DNA of 63,836 nt, counting the filler, from Choristocarpus tenellus KU-1152 (lineage: Eukaryota > Protista > Phaeophyceae), in the NCBI GenBank assembly GCA_964200185.2. It is 10 parts of 10 records of this genome, joined end to end, with 100 filler letters (N's around TTAATTAATTAA, not from the genome) between each part and the next. Parts side by side here need not be neighbours in the genome. Positions count along the whole stretch, not along the records: positions 11,296 to 30,667 come from CAXNAD020000468.1; 9 more parts are not named here. The stretch is one strand, 5' to 3'. The position numbers and the translations under genes are program-made. The first letter of the stretch is position 1; each line of letters starts with the position of its first letter. The notes under the pieces were generated by a model that worked only from the letters and a program-made list of their open reading frames with translations, was not told where the DNA came from and did not search any database. This document shows positions 12,431-25,523 of this stretch, one piece after another.

Positions 12431-14192
12431 CCGATATTCCCGCACAGTGCCATCCTCTAAATAGAAAATAGACGGGTAGCCTGTTACCTTGAAGCGAGAA
12501 AGAAGGGCAGGTTCTTGATCGCCATCAACTTTGCCTACATTCACCTTGATGATAAAATGTGTATCCAGGAGAAATGCAATAGGTGGTGGTAAGTGGGAAG
12601 GTGTATGCACTGACCATAAAGCAGGGTGTAAGTTCCCTTGACGTGAGGGCATATAATTGTACACAAAAAAATGTGTGTGTATGACAATTGAGACAGGCGG
12701 TAGCATTAGGAAGTCTGGATCTGTGTGCAAGGTTAACACAGCAGAAGCAAGCAGGAATTTCCAAGGGGACACTGGACAGAGTACAATACTTTCAAAGTGG
12801 AGGTTATTGAAAGGGAGGTTGTTCATCCTATGAAGTATGTGATTTGCTGATTGCTCCACATCAGTGACAACAGTAACATAGTGCAGTGCAGTAACACAAT
12901 ATGACAAGCCCTGTGGGGGGCGAGTGTTGAAAAATTGCAATGTGGATTACCTTCTTTTGCCTACCATTATTCCCTAAAATGTGGGTGAGTTAAGTGAAAC
13001 GAGGGTGAGGTATTTCCTACTGGAATGCCGTTTTGCAAGAGGTGCCTGGTCTCTCAAATAGTTCTTCAGGGATGGCCTACATGAGCTCCGCTAGGATATG
13101 TACCCTGTCCGTAGACGGATATGGACTATGAAGACACAAAAACGGAATGCTCACCTTCCCTTTAAGCTCGGTGGCCACCTCCTCCCATACAGGTTGGAGG
13201 CGTTGGCAATGTGTACTAGATTGTAGGATTGGAGAATGCCAAAGGTCACCGGAAAGGGTTGGAAACAACGAGGAAAAATGACCTTAGGGTAGAATCTGTC
13301 ATTTTTTGGTGCACCTTGCAGAAGAGTAGGGGCGAGGTGTTATGAGCATGGGAAATTTTCCAGGGAGCAAAACTTCCTGAAGAGGAGGCCAAGGCAGGAA
13401 TAGCAAGCTATTTTTTTTCAATAATGAAAGTGACAACTAAATGGTAGTTTGGATAGGAACTCATTTTTCATGGTCTATACCCTATGCCCAGATTCAAAGC
13501 AACGTCTCACCACCAATCTGTGTAGAACTCGAGGAGCCATTTGCCTTTCCGTACCTTCAGAGCAACAAAGGGGGCATATAGGGACGAGTACAGTCGATTA
13601 TGACGATATACCTTTCTAGTCATATCCAGGGCTGCTTCGAAATGTGCAACAGGGTCCATTTTGCTTAAGGTGCCTTTTATCCTGACGGTGACTCCAAGAT
13701 GGTGCAAGTACTGAAATTTTTAGTCTTGTGCATGAGGAGGAGAGGAAACTAACTCGGTGCTCTTAACTTGGACATAGAATTATATGGAGTCTTTCAGAAA
13801 CCCTAAACAAGATCGTGTCATCTTATGAGCTCCGTGTTCTCTACTTACTGTTGGTCTGTATCAATTGGTCGGGTGTAGACTTTCAACGTCTACACCAAAT
13901 ATCGGCTAGCCAAATCGCTTGATTTGCACGATATTACAAGTAGAACAGCGTCGTTCAAATTGCGAGCAAAACTCCACCAACGTTAGTTAGTCATTGAGAG
14001 GAAACCATGTCACAGTAAGCAGAGCATCATGACACAGGTCCTAACTAAACGATGGTATCGGTTTTCTGTTTCCAAGAGACTCACCGTCGAGTCTACATTC
14101 TTCCCCGTAATCAACACAACATCACTCTCTTTCGCAGAACCCACAGTCATAAGAGACCAAAGAAGAAACAGGGGGATGACGGTGAGCCTCAT
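12431..14192 (-). CDS. Secretory-pathway thioredoxin-domain protein (TMX/PDI-like); exons 14192-14085, 13554-13511, 13215-13155, 12544-12431; 3' exons not located
   Basis: Signal peptide MRLTVIPLFLLWSLMTVGSA; spliced product ..KGKWLLEFYTDWCTHCQRLQPVWEEVATELKGKVNVGKVDGDQEPALLSRFKVTGYPSIFYLEDG; all junctions GT-AG and in phase, first Cys codon split by an intron. Confidence 0.9.
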
Positions 14193-14633
14193 TGTGGGTT
14201 TAGGAAAGTTGCTAAGTATCACGTATTGTAAGTCGTCAAGGTGAATTGGGGTTTCTTATATTGGGATACATGGGAATATTACACCCACTGTATATTTAAT
14301 CTGATTGGCCCACCTTTGTCCCTTTCATCTTTCATCTAATTGGCCCATGTGTGGGGGTTTTGAGCGTGTTTTTTTCCTACAGGACTATAAATATTCCTTC
14401 TATGTACCGTAAACGGTATGTTTACTCGGAATTTACGGGGAGGAAACACCCAATAGGTATGTATGTACCGTATATAATTTATAAATACCGCGAGATGTGG
14501 TTTATACCACGTTTTTCTCTGAAAAGTTCTTTGACAGAACAGCCATCCATCCTTCACAACTCTTTTACACACTTCCCCCTATACATCTCACGAATACCCT
14601 CAGCCATCTGAGCCCTTAAATTTGCATTTCACG
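14193..14633. promoter_or_regulatory. Putative bidirectional promoter between thioredoxin gene and PDI with inverted CCAAT boxes / ERSE-II-like motifs
   Basis: 441 bp between divergent ATGs; ATTGGCCCACC at 14304 and ATTGGCCCATG at 14339 resemble ERSE-II (ATTGG-N-CCACG). Confidence 0.5.
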
Positions 14634-17600
14634 ATGTATAACTTCCTCCGATCAGCGGGGCTAGCCCTGCTCCTGGCCACGAGCAAGATAGTTGGTGCAG
14701 AGGTGGGTTTTGTACATTCTCAGTAATCATACTTAACCCTCAGTCAAGAACACTCACTCAATTCTTGGACCTATCTTCTTTTCACCGATGTGTTAGATCA
14801 ATCGTGCGAGAAGTAGACTCATGGTTTCCTGGATGATCCCTAATTTTGCTCACCAATTCCATCTTCTCCACTCTTGCATCAGAGGCAATGAGTATTCAAT
14901 ATTGTCCGAGGGCTGATTTTTTCTGGATGGACTGCCACCAAAACTGTTGTGGATCGTTTTATCAAAGCAACTGGGTTGTTGTTCTCTCTGGACTTACTGA
15001 CTGACATCAAATTCTTTCCACCTACTTGCTTCCATTCATTCCGACATATCCGTTACGCCACAATCTGTAGATTACAGAGGAAGATGGTGTGCTCGTTCTG
15101 AATGGCGACAACTTCGCGGAGGCGATCGCGCAGGTGATTCTAAGTCTACAATTGAGTTGTTGTTTGCAGGTCTTCACGTTCTGCTGAAAACCTTCAGTTG
15201 TCCATGTCTTCCGATTTAAATCCAAAACTCTTTAGGTGGAAGGCAAGTAAGTAATATCATGGTCGTAAGTGACTAGGGAGTATTAGATCGGCTACATATC
15301 ATTCAAAAAATGAATGTTTTGAACCTTTTTGAGTTGAAAGGATTGTTTTTCATATTTTGCATCCTTTCTACAAGGATGTACGATGTGATTGATTGCCCTC
15401 GGAAAAAGCACGAGTCTTCTACGCATACAGAAGGTGCCCTTTCCAGCACTCCATCTTCTCATTTGAGCCCACCTCGAATTTTTTCGCTTTTGTCCCGCCT
15501 CTTTCCTAGCATCGCTAAACCTCTATCCACCCTACCGTGGCTGTGGTGTCGAATACTTACCTCGTTGTTCTAAAGAACCCCACTCTACTTGTGGAGTTCT
15601 ACGCACCCTGGTGCGGTCACTGCAAGAAACTGGCCCCTGAATATGCTACGGCAGCAGGAGAGCTCAAGGCTGAAGGCTTGAACATCGCGAAGGTGACCTT
15701 CTGCAGTTTTTAGAAAGCAGCAGTTTTTGTTTTTGGTTCTTTAGAAGCACATAACTCGAGGAAAGGTTTTTCCATGGCAGCAAAGACCTCAGTACCACCC
15801 TACAGGAAAATATCTTCCACCTCTGCTGAGAATAGGGCTTGTCTCCGATTTGCTCTGTTGATATCTCGATCGCTTTGCTCTTTGAAGTGCAGTGCAGCAT
15901 GTCTACTCTCCCAACATGAAACCTGGTTGACAAAGCACACTTCTGTATGTATGCAGTCGATTTTTTTGACTGTGAGATTATTTCACAAGGCTCAATGTGG
16001 TGCTCATCCCTACTCCCAACTCGCCTCTACTGCTGTCGAACATGCTTGTTCTGTGTGTTTTGACTTTTGTTGAACAAAGGTGGATGCTGATCAGCACAAG
16101 GACCTTGCAAAGGAGTATGGTGTTTCTGGGTTCCCTACCCTGAAGTTGTTCAAGGAGGGAAAGCCTGTTGACTACAATGCTGGTCGCACTGCGAATGATA
16201 TTGTAGCCTATGTCAAGAAGAAGGCGGGACCCTCAGCCACGGTACGATCTTTACTCAACTGTGTGTTTGGTTCAATCTCGATGGGTTGGGATTAGGGCCC
16301 CTCTCAACTTGTTGACTCACTGTTCATTTTTTTCTTTTTTACAGCAGTTCTACTTGGTGCATTTGTTTGCACTGTGGCTCCATCGATTATTCATTGCGCT
16401 GCTATTCTATTCTAACATCGTTGTATCTGAAGATACCATAAAAGTTTGTTCAGAAAATAGGATGACTATACTGCGCAAGTATTGTCACCAAATGCTCTTG
16501 TCCGGCGAAGAGGCTCAGTTGTACACAAGCATTATCTCTCATGCATGTCAAGTATCTTGTGCGGTTCACTGCTTGGATGTATTTTCATCTGCTGGACTTA
16601 CCCCACCAGACCGTCTTCCTACGACTCCAGTACTGAGAACTGCATCATGTATTTTTTGACCGTTTCTCCTTTTCTGTTCTCGATTGATTTTGTTACTTGC
16701 AGACTGTCGACAGCACTGAGGCATTGACAGTGTTTGTGGGTGACAATGAGGCGGTGGTTGTTGGACTGTTTGCCTCCGTTAATTCGGACCAGGCTAAGGC
16801 ATTCATGAAGGTTGCTGATGGCATGGATCGTCTTCCCTTTGCCATTAGCTCTGCTCCTGATGTGAGTGAATGATAATTGAGGATTTACATGAATTACTCT
16901 GGAGTGCGTGAAACAACTATTTTTTTCCAATAGTCTTGGATCAATAACCCTAGCTGGAAAGCTGGTAGTGTAGATTCTGTACTCTTTTTGAGACTTGTTT
17001 CAGTAAGTTTTGATGCGATTAATGTTCTGAAAAAAATTGTTAGGTTCTTGTTACTGGGTTTTGCCAATGTATCTGGGTTGTATACACACTGAGAGCAATG
17101 AATGCATCATCTCTTTGTAGTAACAGACTCTTTGTATCTTGGGTTCTTCCTGCCATGTTTGAACGTGGTTCCCATATTGTATGAATTATTTGTGCATGTA
17201 AAGTGTCTTGATTGGTGCAGAGTTCTTTCCTAAGGGACAGCAGAGGTACTATCTCTGAGTATATCACACACCCCTCTTGAAACAAAGTGAACTGTATGTC
17301 ACACTTCCTTGGACAACTTCGAAGGTGATTGCCGCCTATGGATCTGGGGACATGGTGGTTGTGGTGAAGACCTACGACGACCTCAAGTCTGAGATGTCTG
17401 TTAGTGCAGACACCACTGTAGAGGAGATGGAGACCTTTATCTCCACGTACTCCATGCGCCTCATCACCACTTTCTCGCCGGCCACTTCACAGGCCATCTT
17501 TGGTGGACCAATCAAGGTTTGAGATTAACTCTATTTGTATTAGCTTTCGAAATGGCAATGGATGGTGTAAGGTATGGAGAGGGACAGAAGCGCTGTTTTT

Positions 17601-20447
17601 CTAGCTGGGGCCTGTGTTTCAGGTCCTGTTAATGGTTCTGCAGATTAGAGGTACTATATTGTACCCATCTCTCACTGTGTCACTAGCCTTCATTGTTTCA
17701 ATATCTTCTTTTTTTGTGAGCGAGGCAGTGTTTGTGTATGGTCTGAACTGGGCATTTTTCAGGTTTTAGTTAAAATGAGAAGTGCTTCAGTTCCATGTGT
17801 AACAGATTTGATTTTTTAATTTTAAAAAGGTTACAAAACAATTTTTTGTTTTTTGTTTTTTTGAGGATGCTTTACACCTGTTGCCTCACCTCACTCAACT
17901 GGGACCCATCTGCTATTATTAAATTGATTTGTGATGTGAATCTCTGTATGATCATAACTTCTTTCTACACCTTGTTTCGTGCGTTCCCCACTGCCAAAGG
18001 TGCACATGCTGGTTATGGCAGATGAAGAGAGTGATGACTTTGCATCGCTGATGGAATCGGTGACCAAGGTGGGTGAAAATTATTTCCATGACTGATGGTT
18101 ATTTTTTTTCTTGAAGTAGTTTGATCTTTTGGAGTCTTTGGTCATTAAAAGTAAATCTTCAGAGAGAAATTAATCCAGAGATAAAGGAAAGGCAATCAAT
18201 TTTTGTTTGGGACAGAACTCTGACCCCCTGCCCCTGCCCTCCTGTTCTATTTTTTATTTTATTTTGTGTGCAATGTTTTATTGCTTTGTGTCAGGGGGAG
18301 AATATCTTTGAAAGGGTTGATTTTGTTCTTAGTTCAGCTTCTACTGTGATAATGACAATACTGTTTCATCCTATTAGTATCCTTAGCTGTGATTATTACA
18401 TAAGCACTCTGGACTAAGTAGATGCAATGTATTCCTACATCCAAAAAATATAAAGTTATGCTGTGCTACTCATGTGTACATGTGACACTCACTCTGTTTT
18501 GTTGGTGCATCTGTGGTTCCCCTTTTTGTGTTGTGCTGCTTGTCTGTGGTGTTTTTTTGTGATCAGGTTGCTGACAAGCAGAGGGGCAAGATGCTGCATG
18601 TGCATGTCAAGAAGAGTGAGGACAGGGTGCTTGGTTACTTTGGTGTAGATGCGAACAACCTTCCTGCGTTGGTTTTGGCTGACATGAGTGGCGAAGCTGG
18701 CAATATCAAGAAGTACTTGTGAGTATCTTTATTCCTGTCCAGGTTTCAAATCAGGGAGAGGAAGTGAATTGCAAATGTTTATTCTTTTTTTGGGGGGATG
18801 TAACCGATGCAGCAATTGGTTACAAACTTTACGTGTGACAACTTTTGCTTGTAATGTAATGATTTGGGGTTGCAGAGCTGTTTTTAGTGAGGATGGTTTG
18901 TAATGATGGCTGATGCTCACTTGACAAAGATGGTTCATTCTTACTTTTGTTTGTGATATACAGCTTTGAGGGTGAATTGACAGAGGATGCCATCTTCGAG
19001 TTTGAGAGCAAGTTCTTTGCGAGTGAGCTTACGCCAACCCTGAAGACTGAAGCGGTGGGGGAGAATGACCTTGCTGAGCCAGTGAAGGTGGTGAAGGGAA
19101 CGAGCTTTGAAGATATTGTGATCAACAACGGTGAGTGGCATCATTCAAGTTTATGGAAGAAGAGGAAGGAGTTTTTGTGTTAATAGATGGCGTTTGAGTG
19201 GATAGGCTATATTTAAGCAGGTGATACAAAGTGCACCATTTTGGGGTACAAGTTGGCTGGTGGGGTTGGTTTGTATTTCTGTGAGGTTGTTACATGCTGG
19301 AGGTGTTTGTATTGCTGGTGTTGGCACTAATGTGGTCTGGTAATAATGTAGTAATCCACAGTACTTGAAAGTGTACTGATTGCTGATGCCCACGCTATGG
19401 ATGAAAACATGGTGGACTTACTCTGTCTGCCCCTTATCAAGGTGTAGTTACCCTTCAATTCCCTTACCTTGCCTTCTCCTCTTTACCTTGGATTGTGTGT
19501 TGATTTTCCAAACTTTTGAAGACAAGGATGTCCTTCTGGAGTTTTATGCACCTTGGTGCGCGCACTGTAAGTCATTGGCCCCTAAGTATGATGAGCTAGC
19601 GGAGATGTTTGACTCTGTGGAGTCAGTGGTGATCGCCAAGATGGATGCAACTGCTAATGAGATTGACCACCCCAAGGTGAGTAGTACTACTGTATGTATT
19701 CAGGTGTCCCAATGGCTATGTGCATACATTGTAGAATGATTTTGACATCCTCAATAGTTGATGTGCCTACGTGTTGTGAAACAGGGGTATGTTGCCATCA
19801 TGAGGGTGGAATAAAACTGCCAGTTATGTTGATGTCTTGTATGATTGAAAAACCAAGAGGTGCACCAGCTACATCTTGACTCACTTTCCAAACATTTGTT
19901 GGGTGTTTTTTTGCAGGTGGCTGTGGCAGGATTTCCCACACTCTACTTTTTCCCAGGGAATGACAAGGGCAACCCTGTCAAGTATGAAGGTGCAAGGGAG
20001 GTAGAGGGAATGTCCAAGTACATCATGGAGAAGGTATGTGCAGAATATTATCACTGTCTGAGAGGGGAGAGGACTGGGTGATCCACTGAAGTTCTCTTTT
20101 GTCAAGGTTGAGTTCTCTAATAATTGTTTTTCAGTTGCTAGTGTAATTCCTGTACATGCACAACCACAACGGTTGAGGTAATTTACACCAGGTCTTGGAA
20201 ATTTAATGTCAATTTTGAGTGCATTTAAAAAAAAATCTACCACGATCTTTTTGTGAGTCTGGGAAAGTAATGTGTTGATGCTTCACTTGCTGCTGTGGGT
20301 ACTGGGTCACTTTTAAAATTCTGAATATACCGTCAGTTGCTGATTTTGTGGTCTTGTAACCTCTCTTCTGTGTTAACATCTTGGCAGGTGTCAACACCAT
20401 TCAGCTTGGATGGTGTGGAGTCTGAAACTGCAACTGAAGAGCTTTAG
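14634..20447 (+). CDS. PDI: Protein disulfide isomerase (a-b-b'-a'), 493 aa, 12 exons: 14634-14702, 15071-15133, 15576-15692, 16080-16241, 16703-16861, 17325-17516, 18000-18068, 18567-18718, 18964-19130, 19522-19676, 19917-20033, 20388-20447
   Basis: Signal peptide; [17 protein letters not shown] and [17 protein letters not shown]; GFPTL motifs; KMDATANE; ends ..ETATEEL* (ER-retention-like); exon sum 1482 nt, in frame. Confidence 0.97.
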
Positions 20448-23186
20448 ATATGTGATCTATGCTGGATTGGAGTGTAGCATAGGTGGCGTTAATTGACTTG
20501 TAGATATCGTTGGTCCAAGATTGAACCAAGGGTTTTGAAAGGGTTTTGCGTCATTGTTCAACAGATTCTTTTGAGGTATAGGGTTCAAAGTATGCTGACA
20601 GAGCAAGAGAACATAGGGGTACTCTGCTGGATACAGACTTGGAGGGAGAAGCAGAGCAGCACTCCACTATTTTGGGGGTACCTGTTGAGTGTTGAGATAA
20701 GCCTTGTTCTACTGGGGCAGATAGTATCTCAGTGTTTGACACAGTCAGGTGTGGCCGCAACTCTTGTGCATTGCTATTTTACGATGAGTGTGACGGCAAT
20801 GAATAAAAATCAGAACAGAGGTTGGGTAGGAGATAAAGGCGCATACCATAATGTTGTGTAGATGTGTGTATCCACAGTCATATAGTGCTTGGCTTAAATA
20901 CAACCCTTATGTGTTGTTACTCTATACGTACTACGGTTGGAGTGATGGGTGATGTTTGATAAGACTGATAAGATGGTCTTTGGGCGTAATGGATGACTGT
21001 TGCAAGTTTTGTGTTCAAGTCATGTCAGTAAATAGATGGGAAAAAATGAAAAAGGGGTTGATGGACAAAGGTAAGAAGGGTGAGGGAACTGGGCTGAGGG
21101 GTTTCTTGCCCATGTGTGCAAGATTTTCACAATCGACTCTTACTTTCCTTAGCCACCTTTTGAGATGAGGCTTGTCTTGCTCCCAATCTTAACTTTCTGT
21201 ATGAACCGAGCACAAAGATAATGAAATTCCACTGATGAGACCCTTACCTTCCAATGGTTATGCTTTTGGCAAGCTGTTTGGCTCTTGCTCAGTGATGTTG
21301 GGTGTGAGGGTACTGTTAGATAATAGATGCGGGAAATATGACTTTTGGGAGTAGGGATTGGAAAAATTAAGTCAACGTATTCCTTGCCTAAGTGGGAAAT
21401 GCGGAGTTATGCATTTAAATCAGGGCATTCCAATGGGCTGGCAAACTAAACTGGACCTATCTGCCCACCAAACAGGTTCCAGAAATATCTGACATGCCCC
21501 TGTTCATCTCAATTGACCAGACAAAATATTTTGTAAACAGAGTATTGTACCAGTCCATGTCAATGGGACTAGGTCAAACATTTTTAGTAGACCTGGACCA
21601 CATCCACTTGAAGGGTGCTACATTCTCTGTAATATCTTTGTTAGTCAAACCGTATCTACTGTATGTGTGTAAGTATGTTAGGCTAATTTACCTTTGACCC
21701 ACTCCACAAGAACAAAGAAAATGTGGGATTATGATAAAGGTTCAGTTGTGTGTGAAGTAGATATCAGTGGCCTATTCCTTTTTACATGTATCTAATGTAT
21801 CGCAAATCAGCGGTATAGAAAGGATAGGTGCGGAATCCGGTATGCGACACCTCTTTATTTTGTTTCATGCTTGAATTGTGCTAGATGAACAACTGGCATC
21901 GAAATGACCGATAGTGACCATTCCCAGCTCTAATTTATTTACCTTGTGGGAAGATACATACTGAGCGTATAGATCAGACTGATTAGCGTATTTTATATGT
22001 AGTGTACAGTAGTTGAAGTTTTGAACGGTTGATCAGAATTGTGTTGATATTCCAATGTTCACGCACTATTTGACCATAATAGAGTGGTATAATTTGTTTA
22101 GTCAATTTTTTTTTTATGTGTGTTGAAATAGACAGGAACGTAATTAATACTGTGTAATATCTTGAACATGTACGTACGCTGGCGGTATAGATACAATTAT
22201 AGCTAATGGTGAATAGGGAGTCAAGTCCATGACATCATCGACCTGAGTGTAAAAAATATGTAACCTTGCCAACCAGAGGTAAAACATTCTGAAATGACCA
22301 AGTCCATGTGTGCACCTACTTTAACATTACTGGTGCCTCTTGCCAGATGTACAAGTAATCCAGAACATGACCATCAAATGTTTTAACATGTCTGGGGTAT
22401 GGTTCTATGGCTATCCATTATCCACGGACATGACGACAACTGTCCGAGCTGGTCAAGCGCACTGGTACTGGGAGTTGTTAAATACTCCCTAGACAACACT
22501 AAACAACGATGCCTCATTGAGATAGGTAACAGGGTCAGTGTTGTCCCTTCAACTAAACATTATTTTTTATATACGGCAATACATAATGTCTCTTCCATTA
22601 ACTGAATTACGGTTGAAGACATGGCAGAGTATTAGTTATATGGTGATTGTGTGTAGGCCCATGGCACCAAGTGCCATAATCTGAGAAACTTCAAACGTAC
22701 CAAATTGTTGGAAATGAGAACACAGAACACAATATCATACGACAAATCAAAATTATCCTGTGGGAAGGCACAATCATTATCCTGTACTCAAACCTATTTC
22801 ATACACCTGTATGGTCAAGTAAAATGAACTCGCCTTGAACAGATTTTTTTTGGGTGTACTCTATGCAAAGGTGCAAACCGCTGTAACACAAATAGGTGCA
22901 GGATACGCCCATGAAGTGCTTATAGATGAGCCACATAACCTTGCCTGGCAGGAAGGGTTAGGGTTAGTAATTATAGAGAGGCAGAGATGATCTGTAAGAA
23001 CCATCACAACAATAGAACTCTTGACTCGCTCAACATGTGGATCACTTCCAGTCAGCAACCCATAGTGAAGTGGACATTTGTCACTGGAAAATGCATCAAG
23101 TGCAAAATGCACTGAAGAGCAGGCATAGATGCACACAAGCACAGACAAAAAATGTCAAACAAATATGAGCAGCCATTCTATTCCTT

Positions 23187-25300
23187 TCAACTAATAATAT
23201 TACCTGTCATTCCTATAGAGTAAAGCCTTGCCCGGAGCGCATCCTCAACACACAAATCCACACCGCCAACATTGACCCCTCCATCACATTCTTCCTCTCT
23301 CTCCCCTCCCTTGCCTCCCACAACCTTGAACTCGAAACCTGTTGAAGTCAACACTTCTTCTACCATCTTATGTGTCACACCGGCACGTGGCACATGACAA
23401 ATGATCATCCTCACCCTCCTTTCCCCCCTACAATCTCTGTTGTCCTTATCTCTGCCGCCCTCTCCCACTCCCGCCATCAACAGTCCCTTGGCTGTCTCCA
23501 AGAGTGGATGCAGAAGTGATGGCTTGTACAGGACATCCCCGGCAATGACAAGATCGAAAGGTGGCGGTAGAGGTCCTTGGTGCTGTTCTACCCTGCTTTC
23601 ATTGTGCTCCCCCCCAGGGCTAGAATCTCTCCCCTCACTTGTTTCTCTCCTCCATACAGTGAGAGTCTCTAGGAAAACTTCTTTGGAGGCTGAATCACCC
23701 CACCTAGGTAGATGGGAAATAAAGTGCATAGTGCAGTAGGACAGCTAAAGTACCTTCCCTCAAGTAATGTTACAAGCATGCCTTTAGTTCAGGAGAAAAG
23801 GAGGTGTGGAGTTGTTTCTATCAGTGTGGCAACTGTATAACATGTAGTGCCTTTGTTGCGTGACAGTCATGAGGTAAATCAACCATTGTTGAACTTAATG
23901 TGCGGGTAGAGTACAAAACTGCTGTCCCTTATCAAGCGCAAGGAAACACATCGTGGATAGTTGAGCACAATTATGCATCTACAATCTCAATTGAGGTGGT
24001 TGAGATTTTGGAGAGGCCTTTTAAAGTGGTGGGAGGCAATAGTCTCCCCCCGCAACTTGGACAATAATACATATGAAGGACTCCATGCCAAAATATTCGA
24101 AAGTCAAGGGTCACCACTATCTCGCAAACCCTTATGGTTATGACAATCAATTATTCAAACAAAAGATCATATCGAATATGTCCCAACTACCATATGCAAG
24201 AGGCCGTCAAAAACTGGTGCTCATAGTTATAGACCGATTATGTATCGACAAGTGAAATTGAGGTAGCATTAGTAATTTGTATTAATAGTTACATGTTTGT
24301 GCCAAGACAAAGGATAGTCGTCGCGACCGCGAGGGCAACAGAGTATTGTGCATCTGGGCTCACGGGCAATGTCTATCCAGGATCATGCGAGCACCTCGTA
24401 TACAGTCAGCTTCCATGCCCATCCTCAATATCCAAATCTGGGTTCTTACCTCAGCACAGTAGCAAGAGCTTCAGAAGGTGGAATAGCATTGGCGACAAGA
24501 TTCATTTTCGCCATATTTACAACTCTGTAGTCACAAGGATCAAGCAAAGGAGATATGGCCTTGAGGGTAAGCTCCCTCTATAAACTGTGCCAAAGGAATG
24601 AACTTGGCACACTTATCCCGGGGCAGTCCTGGTGGTTGCAGCAGTACTGGAACACAGGAAAGTCTGAGTCATCGACCACGCACCAAAATTAAAACGCAAC
24701 ACACACATTTCTTGGCAGTCAAGAAAGGCTATTGAAGTGCTCCGGTTTCAGAGGATCACAAATGGTATCTGACGCAAATCATTCATCCCAGTCAAGGTAT
24801 TTAGTTATAAGAAGACTCTGTCATTGACTCTTACGCACCTATCATCCCCATCTGTGATCACTGTAGGCCTAGCACCAAGACCCCGAGCTAGCATACCTGC
24901 AATCCCGGTCCCTGCTCCAAGTTCCACTACTGACTTCTCTCTAAGGTCTAGGTCTCCATTTGCACAAGCCTGTAGAAGATACCTGCAGAGCAACAAAGAG
25001 CCCTCCCAAAGCCGTTGACCACTGATCTCCTCTCTGTACAGTCATAAGAGAGAAAATGGACCATTTGGACTACTAGACTGCTGCAATGTAGGATCGAATG
25101 GATGCTGAATCAATTGCACCAATAAATAACCAAAAATGATAAAGCACTTGATCATTCTACCTTCGAGTCTCTAGGTCCAGGAGCATTTCCAATGGTAATG
25201 CCTCGTTGGCCACAGTTGTCACTTTGAACACATGTTTTTCGGAAAGTCGCACTTCTTGCGTCTCATAATCCAATTCGTAGGTTTCTTCATCTGAACTCAT
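23187..25300 (-). CDS. SAM-dependent protein-lysine methyltransferase (METTL21/Methyltransf_16 family), ~308 aa; exons 25300-25161, 25033-24839, 24524-24450, 23703-23187
   Basis: SGQRLWEGSLLLCRYL, motif I VVELGAGTGIAG, VITDGD, LRWG, FDLVIAGDVLY; GT-AG junctions in phase, total 927 nt. Confidence 0.9.
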
Positions 25301-25523
25301 GTCTACAAGGGATGAAGGATGTTGTAGAACACCGCGGTCATACCTTGCAAATTTGCGATCATGAATTTCGAGTTTTGTAGTTGATAATCGCGCGATTAGC
25401 GAGATGACCGCGTGTTCAAGTTGAAAGTTTTGTTGACAGCTGAGGCACACGCTATCTGACAGCTGCACCCACCCCCTATCATTGTTAACGCTACGTCCAT
25501 TTGTGATGTTGAAACCTTTGCGC

